A stretch of DNA of 50,615 nucleotides, from positions 1 through 50,615 of the IMG/VR virus record IMGVR_UViG_3300035670_000307; one strand, 5' to 3'. Below are positions 25,895-34,976 of this stretch, one piece after another. Under the pieces are notes generated by a model, which searched no databases, was not told the origin of the DNA, and saw nothing but the letters and a program-made list of their open reading frames with translations. Both the position numbers and the translations under genes were made by a program. Source of the DNA: a virus (taxonomy: Duplodnaviria > Caudoviricetes). Numbering within the stretch: position 1 is the first letter of the stretch; each line of letters starts with the position of its first letter.

Positions 25895-26461
25895 TCACAC
25901 GATTGCGCTGGTCGGCACATCGATTGCGTAGATCGTGAAGCCAACGAGGGTTGAACGGGAATAATCGGGGATCTTGAGCAGGGTGATCGACGCGCTCGAG
26001 CCGTCCTGCATGTCGACGTTATCGTATCGCGCCTTGTGATCAGGCGACCGCATGGCCTGGTTAGTCAGCGACCTGATGTGAGACGCGACAGCAGCCGGCC
26101 ATATATCTTCATGCCGCTTTCCGAGAACGTCTGAAGGCGTCTTGCCATTCGGCGTGAGAAATCGATCAATGAAGTGGCGGTTGACGTGGATGCACTCGCC
26201 GTTTCGATCCACCTGCCATGTCGGAAAGGGGAAATCGTCACGAGCGGCTTCCAGGCCGTCTATGCGCAACTCCATTTTCTGGACCAGATTTCTAAGGCGT
26301 TCGATCTCGTCTTTTTGCTCGAGGAACTGACGACTGCGTTCTTCGAGAATGGTGCGGAAGTCATCGCGGCGATGTTGCCGGACAGCACCGATCCATCCCG
26401 ACAGAACGCCAAGGATTAGGAGGATTGCCTGTTTGCCAAGATCCCAGAATAGATCGCTCAT
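25895..26461 (-). CDS. membrane-anchored PAS-domain protein
   Basis: N-terminal TM, coiled coil, then PFPTWQVDRNGECIHVNRHF...DVLGKRHEDIWP PAS signature. Confidence 0.8.
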   Translation of the reverse strand: MSDLFWDLGKQAILLILGVLSGWIGAVRQHRRDDFRTILEERSRQFLEQKDEIERLRNLVQKMELRIDGLEAARDDFPFPTWQVDRNGECIHVNRHFIDRFLTPNGKTPSDVLGKRHEDIWPAAVASHIRSLTNQAMRSPDHKARYDNVDMQDGSSASITLLKIPDYSRSTLVGFTIYAIDVPTSAIV

Positions 26462-26463
26462 GG

Positions 26464-27000
26464 TTAGCCACGCCCGAAGGCAGCCTCCCACACAGCAAGC
26501 GACACCACAGGGGGAATGTCTTCATTCGGAACGATGACCCGGGGGGTTACCGAATTAATATCATCAGGATTTGGCTTGGCTGCCTTGCGTGTAAGCGTGA
26601 CTATCTTGCCGCCAGCGGCTTCGATCAGAACTGCTTCACACTCGAGGCGGACGTCATCGATAGCAACGATGGCATCAGAAGGAATCTTCTCGGCAATCCA
26701 GTCGAGCAGACGGATGCACCAGATATCCTCGCCATAAAGATCACGGTCGCGCTTGCCGATCTCAATCAGCTTCTGACGCGGTGTAAGTCCACCCAAGAGA
26801 GGGTGCGGCTTGTCCTTATCTTCGCCTTGGGCAAACGCAGCAACCGCGAACCCCTCACGGATAGCCATATCGCGGACACGACCTGCAATCGAGTGAACTC
26901 GCACCTGTCTGTCCGCGATCATTTGAGTTGCGATTGTTGTCTTCCCAGATCCGGGGTTGGGAGAGTGAAGACCGATGATCGTTGGATACTGTTTCTGCAT
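26464..27000 (-). CDS. deoxynucleoside monophosphate kinase
   Basis: P-loop GSGKTT, TPRQKLIEIG, DIW and DDVR..E motifs of the T4 gp1/T5 dNMP kinase family. Confidence 0.85.
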   Translation of the reverse strand: MQKQYPTIIGLHSPNPGSGKTTIATQMIADRQVRVHSIAGRVRDMAIREGFAVAAFAQGEDKDKPHPLLGGLTPRQKLIEIGKRDRDLYGEDIWCIRLLDWIAEKIPSDAIVAIDDVRLECEAVLIEAAGGKIVTLTRKAAKPNPDDINSVTPRVIVPNEDIPPVVSLAVWEAAFGRG

Positions 27001-27061
27001 ATCGCAATACTAGCTTTTCAAGTGCTATATCTGCAACTAAGCAGACACAAAAACGGCTCAA

Positions 27062-27394
27062 TTAGTTGGTTTCTTCAGTTTCCGGAAACATGGCGTCCAG
27101 GTTTCCGACAAACTTCTGTGCCAAAGCACGACCAAGCACTATGCTTTCCTCGGGATCTGGATCTTCAGGCGTCCTTGTGAAAGGGACCTTGATCTCGCCA
27201 ATTGCCGCCGCAAGTTCTGTGTTAGTAAAGTTACCAACTTCAGCGCGAATTGAATATCCAAGCGAGAACATCAGCGTCTTGACGTTCTTCGCCTTGCAAT
27301 CACGCTCTCCTTCGGCAATGCGACGGATACCAATGAATGCTGGGTTCTTCAGTCCCTTGTGCAAAGCCGCAGCGATTTCTTGCTGTGTAGGCAT
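27062..27394 (-). CDS. hypothetical protein
   Basis: TGATG coupling to the upstream gene. Confidence 0.7.
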   Translation of the reverse strand: MPTQQEIAAALHKGLKNPAFIGIRRIAEGERDCKAKNVKTLMFSLGYSIRAEVGNFTNTELAAAIGEIKVPFTRTPEDPDPEESIVLGRALAQKFVGNLDAMFPETEETN

Positions 27395-28200
27395 CAGTCA
27401 ATCCTTCTTATGTTCAAGCTCATCATGTCGAGAGAGACGGCATTTTGAGATTCAGAGGCCAGCACGAATCTGAAGCGCTTGCTTCCACCAGTTCCGTTAC
27501 CTGCAAGCGTCCCTGACATACTGATGAGCTGACGCGCAGATCTTGCCGAGAAGTCCAGGCCATTAAGGACGTTGTCCTGCCAAACTCCATTTATAAGAGT
27601 TTGAGACTGCAGGTAGATATAGTCCTGATATCCGTTGTTTGCCAAAAGGCGGGCTGTCAGAGAGAAGTCGAAGCCACGTCCCCATCCAGTAAGATAAATC
27701 CAGTCGTTATCGGAGAGATTGAACATCAATTCCCCGCCGTCATTAGAAACGAGAAAACTATTAGAGAAGCTACGAAGGTTCATCTGAATTGGAAGAATGT
27801 TAGCAGATCCCGCTGGCTTCTGGATAGGGTTAGCATTCAGGCAAGTTATCCCCATATGCTGAATCGTTGCCAATGAAGCACTCTGCTTAAAGCCTTGAAC
27901 ACCATTACCCATGATGGAGATAAGCTCCATAGACACAGGCGATAAAATGGTATCTATCTTTTCGACCAGATTACCAAAATCATCATAAGTGTAGTCATAG
28001 TAAGATCCCATTTCAGGATCTTCTATAAGCTGCATAACTGGAACCCGCTGCACAGCGATCAGCGCTGTGATCGGGTATTGCTCTGTCCAGTAGTAGCTCT
28101 CGATTTCAAGGAACTTTTCGTCTGTCAGACCCTTGATCTGCGTAAGACGGTCACCCAAAGGTGCGCCAGTTCCGCTCATCTTCGGACCCATGATCAGCAC
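27394..28200 (-). CDS. hypothetical protein (possibly virion-associated)
   Basis: 268 aa with a beta-rich C-terminal half. Confidence 0.7.
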   Translation of the reverse strand: MLIMGPKMSGTGAPLGDRLTQIKGLTDEKFLEIESYYWTEQYPITALIAVQRVPVMQLIEDPEMGSYYDYTYDDFGNLVEKIDTILSPVSMELISIMGNGVQGFKQSASLATIQHMGITCLNANPIQKPAGSANILPIQMNLRSFSNSFLVSNDGGELMFNLSDNDWIYLTGWGRGFDFSLTARLLANNGYQDYIYLQSQTLINGVWQDNVLNGLDFSARSARQLISMSGTLAGNGTGGSKRFRFVLASESQNAVSLDMMSLNIRRID

Positions 28201-28571
28201 TCCACTGCAGTTACGATCATGCCGTCACGATCACCGGAGATATAAACAGCATCACGGGAAGGGACGCTCATGACTGCGCCTGGTGCAATCTTCCACACGC
28301 CAAGCGAATCTGGACCAGCGATACCACCAGTGAAATTGAGCCAAAGATTACCATCTTCGTTAGGATTATGGACAGAGCGACAGATGATCGAGTTATCTTC
28401 AACTGCCTCAAAAAGCAGCGAAATCTCGCCAGTCAAACCAAGATTAATGGACCTGTCTGTCCAAGCTCCAATAGGAGCCATGTCGACCGATATGACCGGA
28501 TTGACGCGCTCTGGTGTGGAGCTGCCGCTCCTTACGTAGGGCAGATCGCTGGCTGGCGTATCTGTCATCAC
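28194..28571 (-). CDS. hypothetical protein (possibly virion-associated)
   Basis: AGGAG RBS; own promoter TTGCAA-N18-TATAAC. Confidence 0.7.
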   Translation of the reverse strand: MMTDTPASDLPYVRSGSSTPERVNPVISVDMAPIGAWTDRSINLGLTGEISLLFEAVEDNSIICRSVHNPNEDGNLWLNFTGGIAGPDSLGVWKIAPGAVMSVPSRDAVYISGDRDGMIVTAVEC

Positions 28572-28617
28572 ATGCTCCTGCTAAAACGTTCTAGCCGTTA
28601 TAGCAGGTCTGGCATGA

Positions 28618-30534
28618 TTATTGCAACAAGCAGGGCGGGAGGAAGCCTATATCGTTGCAGAAACAGATCTGACGGCTACCATCTTTATGCCCGATCACGA
28701 AGGCAATTGCCCACCCGCTGGGGCCTTCCTCGTTATATCCCTGATAGAGATTGCAGCACCCGGCAGACACAAAGCCATCACGCTGGAATGGCGAGTGTGT
28801 GTGACCAGCCGTGATCATCAGGTAGACGCGGAACAGGTTGTTAGGCGTGCCTCTTGCCCCGTTCGGTCCCTTGTCACCATGCAGGGCGTGCTCCACCCCA
28901 TAGACCCGGAAGCTCTTGCGGGCGTCAACGAAGAGAACGTCCTTCAGAGCGCAAGCCTGCTTCTCTCTAAGGATATGCTCAAATACATCGACCTCACGGC
29001 CTTCCATGAGAGCCTTGGCACGGATCGCATTTGCGTGGTGATAAATGTAGGCGTTCCGGCCGTCTTCGATAACCTGTGGCGAGTCCATCCAACGCTTCAT
29101 GGCGCTGTCGTGGTTTGATCGCACCACGACCGACTTGCACCAATCGCGCCTTGTCTCACGTAGGAAGTCGGAAACGCCTTTCAGGGCAGTGTCGACACAA
29201 TCCTCGTTCCTGTAAGCCGTGCTTATCCAGTGACCGGGATCGTTGCGCCTGTGATGGTTACGAGGGGCGAAGTCAGACACGTCATGAAAGAACTGGTATT
29301 CAGGCTTCAGACGCTCGAGCATGCTATCAGCAAGCCATTCTGGAACGGTTTTGTTTGAGCTGGTGTCCAAGCCCCAGAGCAGTCTTGCCACGCGGGCATC
29401 GAGCTTTTCGTGATGGATATCGCCATAGGAGATTGAGGCGACACGATTGCCTTTTGTGATCTGTCCATCGGCCACATGCAGATCGAGATGGTAGAACGCG
29501 CCTGTCTCGGAATCCGCCTTAACCAGCATCGTCCAGTATTGCCCGGACGGCATGACATGCGTGATGGCAAAGCCAAGCGTGTGGTGCTGCTCTGCCTTCT
29601 GTCCAGCCTTCTTTCTGATGTAGTTAGGCATGGTTACAGTGCCGGTCGACATGATCGTTCTGACAGGATCTGTCGGCATACGAGCCGGCGTCTCGATGTG
29701 CTGCTTGACGTGAGGGAAGATGCCAGAGCGCATCCCGGTATAGGTGTTGAATCCGGAAAGCGGACGCTCTGCTGTCGGAAGGATGTTGGTTTCACCGCAG
29801 ATATCGAGAATGCCATCGATCTCTATACGATCATCCACCAAATGCCCGTCTAGGCAGTGATCGAAGAAGACCGTCTTCTTTATGTCGATCTCTTCCATTT
29901 GGTAGAGCTGGTGCGGATCAAGGAAGTGTCGCTCCTGCGTTGCAGGATCTCCGAAAGCGCCTTTGTTGTAGAGCGATGTGCCCACCATCAGCTTGGTTTG
30001 GCCGTATTTCTCGAAGTGCTTCAGAAGCGCCTGGATTCCCTGCCAGAGCTTGGGGTGGACAGGGGTAGCATCCTGCGCACATGTAGTGATCACGGTCATC
30101 ATGCCGGTTTCAGGCAAGGGGATGATCGTGCGCTTTATGATCCTCTCGCCAGTCGCGAATATGCGCTTTGGCTCCGGCTTTTCGGCCTCCGAATTATCGG
30201 TTTCGCTTTCGGTTTTGCCAGCCTTTGTCTTCTTACGGAACTTTTCTGTCGTGACCCCTTCGCTGGTAGCGAGCAGGAGTTTCACACGTTCGGCCGAGTT
30301 TCCTTCCCCAGCCTTTATGAGCTGACTGATCTTGGGAACCTTATGTCCACTGATGATCGCCTTGTTGCGCTCATAGGCCATCAGATGTTTCGAGACGCCA
30401 GCCGCATTGATGCCCATGATCCGGGCGACCACTGACAGATTATTGTGCTTCTGATAAAGATCGTAGGCTGTCTGCTGTTTGGGAGTTATTACCCCCCTGA
30501 CGCCGTGCATGGTGGCAAGCGCACTGGAATTCAT
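28618..30534 (-). CDS. T5 A1-like nuclease (calcineurin-like phosphoesterase fold) with N-terminal HTH
   Basis: NILPTA.RPLSGF.TYT, NYIRKKAGQKAE.HH, GDIH, HD.SDF..RNHH, SNHD, HGDKGPNGARG, GHTHS motifs; start moved to ATG 30534, downstream of its promoter. Confidence 0.8.
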   Translation of the reverse strand: MNSSALATMHGVRGVITPKQQTAYDLYQKHNNLSVVARIMGINAAGVSKHLMAYERNKAIISGHKVPKISQLIKAGEGNSAERVKLLLATSEGVTTEKFRKKTKAGKTESETDNSEAEKPEPKRIFATGERIIKRTIIPLPETGMMTVITTCAQDATPVHPKLWQGIQALLKHFEKYGQTKLMVGTSLYNKGAFGDPATQERHFLDPHQLYQMEEIDIKKTVFFDHCLDGHLVDDRIEIDGILDICGETNILPTAERPLSGFNTYTGMRSGIFPHVKQHIETPARMPTDPVRTIMSTGTVTMPNYIRKKAGQKAEQHHTLGFAITHVMPSGQYWTMLVKADSETGAFYHLDLHVADGQITKGNRVASISYGDIHHEKLDARVARLLWGLDTSSNKTVPEWLADSMLERLKPEYQFFHDVSDFAPRNHHRRNDPGHWISTAYRNEDCVDTALKGVSDFLRETRRDWCKSVVVRSNHDSAMKRWMDSPQVIEDGRNAYIYHHANAIRAKALMEGREVDVFEHILREKQACALKDVLFVDARKSFRVYGVEHALHGDKGPNGARGTPNNLFRVYLMITAGHTHSPFQRDGFVSAGCCNLYQGYNEEGPSGWAIAFVIGHKDGSRQICFCNDIGFLPPCLLQ

Positions 30535-30647
30535 ATCGTCGCCTTCTTCAGGTGATGACGGGCAATGCGATTTATATAGCAGAGTTCTGCCAATATTGCT
30601 AATATAATTGCGCACGCCAGACATACTTGTTCCTTTTTGGGACACTG

Positions 30648-31730
30648 TTATGGAGCGACTATGTGGATCGACGTGGAATCCGCTGCCAGAGCGAACCCCG
30701 GAGAAGACACCACATCATTTCCATCCAAGAACAGTTGGTAGTCGCGGACCCACATATCCCCTAAACGGTTGTTCCAATTCTGCCTGGTTGTTTTAGTCGG
30801 ATCATTGGCGACTGTGAACCAAGGGCCGTTATCTATTGAAAACTGTGCTTTAGAATTAATTCTAAGCTCGCCATCAAACAGCGACCACGTCATATCGAGA
30901 TCCGAATAGTTACCGGATAACGACAAATATGGATCGGCACCATTGTTATAGCCAGTCATCGCATCAGTTATATCTTTATAATCATATACAATGTTTCCTT
31001 CAGAGTTTGTTGCTGCAACTGCGACGCGTCCAGAAAATATCTTTGAAGTCAGATATCCAGACACGAAATTCCTATCAGTTAAATCAATAGGTGTGCCGTT
31101 CACTCCTGATCTCACGGGACTGTAGCTGACAAGATAGCTGTTAGCTGAAATAAGGTATATGTAAGCCGCCTGTGGAAAGTTTAGTCCAACGGCCACACGC
31201 GAACCAATTTCACCAGTTTTTTCAATTTGAGTGTATGTTGGGACAGCTCCTGTTCCGATTTTTCTAGCAATTACTACATCTTTAAGAATATGATAATCAT
31301 AGACTGTCGCTGTAACCCCTTGATCAAAAGTATATACTACTGAATCGCCATTGAATCGACGTTTTAACCAAGCTTGGACAAGCTGATCAGGTGTGTCTGT
31401 TACATATACGTCTACATCAGTATATTGACCGGTTGTTGGATTAGTAAAGTTTCCGCCGTTAGCATAATACGTTACATTCTGTGACACACGTGGTGCTACA
31501 AAGCTGTTTAGCTGCAAATCTGACGAAGGCTTTCCATTTTGACACAAAAACTGATTATTACTTCCTGATCCAAATAAATAACTATCCCGGAAAGTTTTAG
31601 CTGTAGTCGTTCCTGTGTATTCGAAACCACCACCTGCACGACGTCGGATCCGACCAAGCCCGAAAACCATGTAGGCATCAGGAGTATATGACCATGCCAA
31701 GGTCTTACGGATTGAATCGGCCGTAAACAT
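30648..31730 (-). CDS. AT-rich tail-tip protein, receptor-binding candidate
   Basis: last gene of the tail block; lower GC; Tyr/Thr/Gly-rich. Confidence 0.6.
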   Translation of the reverse strand: MFTADSIRKTLAWSYTPDAYMVFGLGRIRRRAGGGFEYTGTTTAKTFRDSYLFGSGSNNQFLCQNGKPSSDLQLNSFVAPRVSQNVTYYANGGNFTNPTTGQYTDVDVYVTDTPDQLVQAWLKRRFNGDSVVYTFDQGVTATVYDYHILKDVVIARKIGTGAVPTYTQIEKTGEIGSRVAVGLNFPQAAYIYLISANSYLVSYSPVRSGVNGTPIDLTDRNFVSGYLTSKIFSGRVAVAATNSEGNIVYDYKDITDAMTGYNNGADPYLSLSGNYSDLDMTWSLFDGELRINSKAQFSIDNGPWFTVANDPTKTTRQNWNNRLGDMWVRDYQLFLDGNDVVSSPGFALAADSTSIHIVAP

Positions 31731-32329
31731 CAGGCACCCGCAGGCTTGATTGCAGGGTAGAGGCGGATGAGCGGTCGAAGCCCTGGAACAAGATTTACCG
31801 CATAGGCAATCTCATAGTTCCCAGACTTATTGATTGTCGGTGCAACACCCTTAGGAGCATACATATCAGCGGGAATTGTAACAGTGTTATCGCCTTGGTT
31901 CTGGATTATGATCGTGCCAGCAAGATCCACGCCTTCTGCGCCATCACTACCAGAGTAGCGCTCGAACTGCTCAATCGGCCAAAGGTTGGCCACGAGGTAT
32001 ATCGTGCAGTCGCCTGTCACCACCAAACGCCAGCAAAGCGCCTGATCGAGACTAAGGTAGATATCCTCGTCAACATCGGTGCGAAGCACGCAGAACTGGC
32101 CCTCTGACTGCAGCTCCATGTGCGACTGTCGACGGCCGTTGTAATTGTTATGCGAATTTAGATCAGGCGCACCTGTCTGCTTTACTTCACCGAAGTAACG
32201 GGAATCCGGACCATCATAATCAGTTTGCGTGCGGACAGGATAAGAGACGCCCATCTCTTTATCAGGGACACGATCGCCAGCCGGCTCTTGATATGGTGTG
32301 AACTTTGATATCTTTCTATCAATGCTCAT
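31730..32329 (-). CDS. tail protein
   Basis: position in the tail block; TGATG coupling. Confidence 0.6.
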   Translation of the reverse strand: MSIDRKISKFTPYQEPAGDRVPDKEMGVSYPVRTQTDYDGPDSRYFGEVKQTGAPDLNSHNNYNGRRQSHMELQSEGQFCVLRTDVDEDIYLSLDQALCWRLVVTGDCTIYLVANLWPIEQFERYSGSDGAEGVDLAGTIIIQNQGDNTVTIPADMYAPKGVAPTINKSGNYEIAYAVNLVPGLRPLIRLYPAIKPAGA

Positions 32330-34473
32330 CAGTCACCTATATCAATCATTGCCGGAGTATCGATGTAGAATACACCCATGTTGTGATTAATTTCAAACTT
32401 CACGTTCTTGGCAACCGGAGACAACTGGAAGTCCATTGTAGCATGCATTGCTTCAACGGTTGCAGTTATGTCCGGCGTGCTTGCAGTTCCGCTAAAATTC
32501 TGAACATTACCATTAGCATCTATTGAAGCAGATGACTTTATATCGAGTTGCTTGGTGTTGTTCGCATGCACACGAAGCGTCTTATTTTTTGCATTAAGAT
32601 TATTTACAAAGACACTGTAATTGAGCGACGAGGAATATTCATCCAGCATACTCTCAACATTCCCGGCAGCATTCACCAGAGTGGCATCGATAACATATCC
32701 ACCTGGAATTCCAGGGATGTTGTAAACGGGGATCTCGGGAATGAAGTAGGAGCCACCATTGCCCGGGATCGATGCGATCTTGAGCGTGGCTTCCTGCGTT
32801 ACGAGTGAGCAGGAGATCGAGACGACCTTGCCACGGATCTCTCCGCCCTCAATCGCATAGGGATCGGCAATGCGGACGATCTCCGAGCCCGTCAGAGTGC
32901 GGACATATGACCAAGGTGCTTCAAACGAAACATATTCACGTCTGGAATCAAGCATCTTGGCTCGGGCATTGCGCCAAGCATACATGATCGCCTGATAACC
33001 CGGTGCAGGATCCTGAAGGATCACCTTCTGGTTTCCATTTGCCAGTGTCGAAGACAACCGCGCCGGACGAGAGAAGAAGGTAGGAACACCCGGGCCGCCC
33101 ACAGGATCATAGACGTCCAGAACGACGGGAACCCAATATGTCAGGCTTTCGTAAAAATTGCTGGGGGCAGTGTGTTCGGTTACACACTCCCATTGCGCAC
33201 CATCGATCTTCACGTTTGCGCCAGATGCATAATGTATACCAGCCTGCCACTCTGGATAATCTACAAACCCGTCAAGGTTCGAGACAGAGAGATTCAGAGA
33301 CTCTTCTGCCGCGTCGTATCCAGCGGTATCCTGACCAGCCCAATCGACAATAAAATGCAGCACCTCTTTGCGCTTTGCTGTAGCGATAGAGCATACCTTA
33401 TAGTTTATATTGTAGAAGTGACGCTGGAAGGATTTTTGCTTAGAAAACTCCTTGTAATAAGAATTACCTAGCGAACTTTCTTCATCAAAGCTCTCTTTTG
33501 GCGTGAACACAGGACGGCCATTGATGAAGCTGACGTCAACATCCGCCGTCGCCAATTCAGACTGCTTTTTAGCAGCCTTCTTTGGCTCTGTGTTGAAGTT
33601 TGTGCGGGTTGCCATGATGTATGGCCGCGTCCATGAATTGAACGGCGCCACACGCTGCATGTTGGCCTGATAAACCGTCCAGTCGCCTATCTTCTCTCCG
33701 ACGTTCTTACCTAGCTTGGAAGCAGGCGTAAGGCTGGCAAAAGAGCCCGGGCCGAACATGACGGCTTGGTTTCTGTCATAGAGAGCCTGACCAAGATCCA
33801 GATATTGGAAAACTTGCTGCTCGAATTCAGCAGAGAGCGTGACCCTCACTCTTCCAATAGGCTTGGTGTCAGAGGATTCATAGGACAGTGAGCCCTCGAA
33901 GAAGTTCTCTCCGAGATCGAGATACCCATTGCCATAGAGCAGATCTGTCAGCACCGGAGCGTTATGATCCGTCCTGCCCCAGTTAAGCTTGGCATACCGT
34001 GAGCTAAGGCGCTCTTCCGGCTTGCGGCGCTGTCCAATCGGCGTGTTTGTGAAGAATCTCCAAGGATCATCGTCGACGCCCGCAAGAGCCTGGTCTTCCA
34101 GATCCTGCCGCTTCACGATACCGTCGTTTGCGTTCGAGAAGTTCACAGTCGGAGGTGCAGCGGTCACGTTGACGGTCACCTTGTCGCCAATGCGACCGAC
34201 AGGCCACTTCTCGACACGACCAGTGAGCACGTGGAAAAACTCACCAGTGTCCTGATCTCTTTCCGAGATGATCACGCGCTTTTTGGTCTTGTCGCCTCTC
34301 CAATTGGCGTCGACCGCTTCGATTACGATATCCGCAGTCCAGAAGCTGTTCTCGTCATTCTTTTTGACGATCACATCGGACACGTTGAAGTCGAGACGGC
34401 AGTGCACATCCGGATCGAATGTCACGCCCTCTCCAACCAGTGCAACGTAGATTTCACGGTGGTTTACGCTCAT
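32329..34473 (-). CDS. tail hub/tip protein with CBM5/12-like module
   Basis: EWQAGIHYASGANVKIDGAQWECVTEHT carbohydrate-binding-module pattern; second gene after the TMP. Confidence 0.7.
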   Translation of the reverse strand: MSVNHREIYVALVGEGVTFDPDVHCRLDFNVSDVIVKKNDENSFWTADIVIEAVDANWRGDKTKKRVIISERDQDTGEFFHVLTGRVEKWPVGRIGDKVTVNVTAAPPTVNFSNANDGIVKRQDLEDQALAGVDDDPWRFFTNTPIGQRRKPEERLSSRYAKLNWGRTDHNAPVLTDLLYGNGYLDLGENFFEGSLSYESSDTKPIGRVRVTLSAEFEQQVFQYLDLGQALYDRNQAVMFGPGSFASLTPASKLGKNVGEKIGDWTVYQANMQRVAPFNSWTRPYIMATRTNFNTEPKKAAKKQSELATADVDVSFINGRPVFTPKESFDEESSLGNSYYKEFSKQKSFQRHFYNINYKVCSIATAKRKEVLHFIVDWAGQDTAGYDAAEESLNLSVSNLDGFVDYPEWQAGIHYASGANVKIDGAQWECVTEHTAPSNFYESLTYWVPVVLDVYDPVGGPGVPTFFSRPARLSSTLANGNQKVILQDPAPGYQAIMYAWRNARAKMLDSRREYVSFEAPWSYVRTLTGSEIVRIADPYAIEGGEIRGKVVSISCSLVTQEATLKIASIPGNGGSYFIPEIPVYNIPGIPGGYVIDATLVNAAGNVESMLDEYSSSLNYSVFVNNLNAKNKTLRVHANNTKQLDIKSSASIDANGNVQNFSGTASTPDITATVEAMHATMDFQLSPVAKNVKFEINHNMGVFYIDTPAMIDIGD

Positions 34474-34976
34474 GGCTGATATTCTGCCTTAATGCTCCAA
34501 GTATAGACTGCACGCGTATCGTCATAACCCGTGTCGACTGCATCGATCATGATTGTAACCCGGGGAATCCACATGGTCATCGTTACTCGAGGATCGCCGT
34601 GTTGCAGCGGAATCAACCTTTTATCGTCTGTCTCACCGAAATACCAAATACGGTCTTCACCGGGGGAAAACGGAAGATCTTCTCTGGCGTAGTCACCAAA
34701 GAACTGCTCGAACTTCGGCACATCGATTTCGATTTCATCACCGAAACTGATATCCGAAAGCGGAGCCGGCACGACGGAATCGCCGCTGATGGTGATCTTG
34801 CGCAAGTTGAGCAGGTGCGGCCGACGCAGGGTCACACGATGCCCGGCGACCAGGCGGCGGTTCGATCCAACCTCGTCAAGGAAGCCCCCATCGGCCTTCA
34901 CATTGCGAAGGCACTTATGGTTTATGTCCTTGCCGATGATGCGGAAGTAAGTGGAAGCATTGTTCTGGTTAGACAT
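34470..34976 (-). CDS. distal tail protein candidate
   Basis: immediately follows the tape measure gene. Confidence 0.55.
   Translation of the reverse strand: MSNQNNASTYFRIIGKDINHKCLRNVKADGGFLDEVGSNRRLVAGHRVTLRRPHLLNLRKITISGDSVVPAPLSDISFGDEIEIDVPKFEQFFGDYAREDLPFSPGEDRIWYFGETDDKRLIPLQHGDPRVTMTMWIPRVTIMIDAVDTGYDDTRAVYTWSIKAEYQP

Noticed and set aside
30648-34473. Diversity-generating retroelement acting on tail genes
   Set aside because: No reverse transcriptase and no TR/VR repeat pair seen
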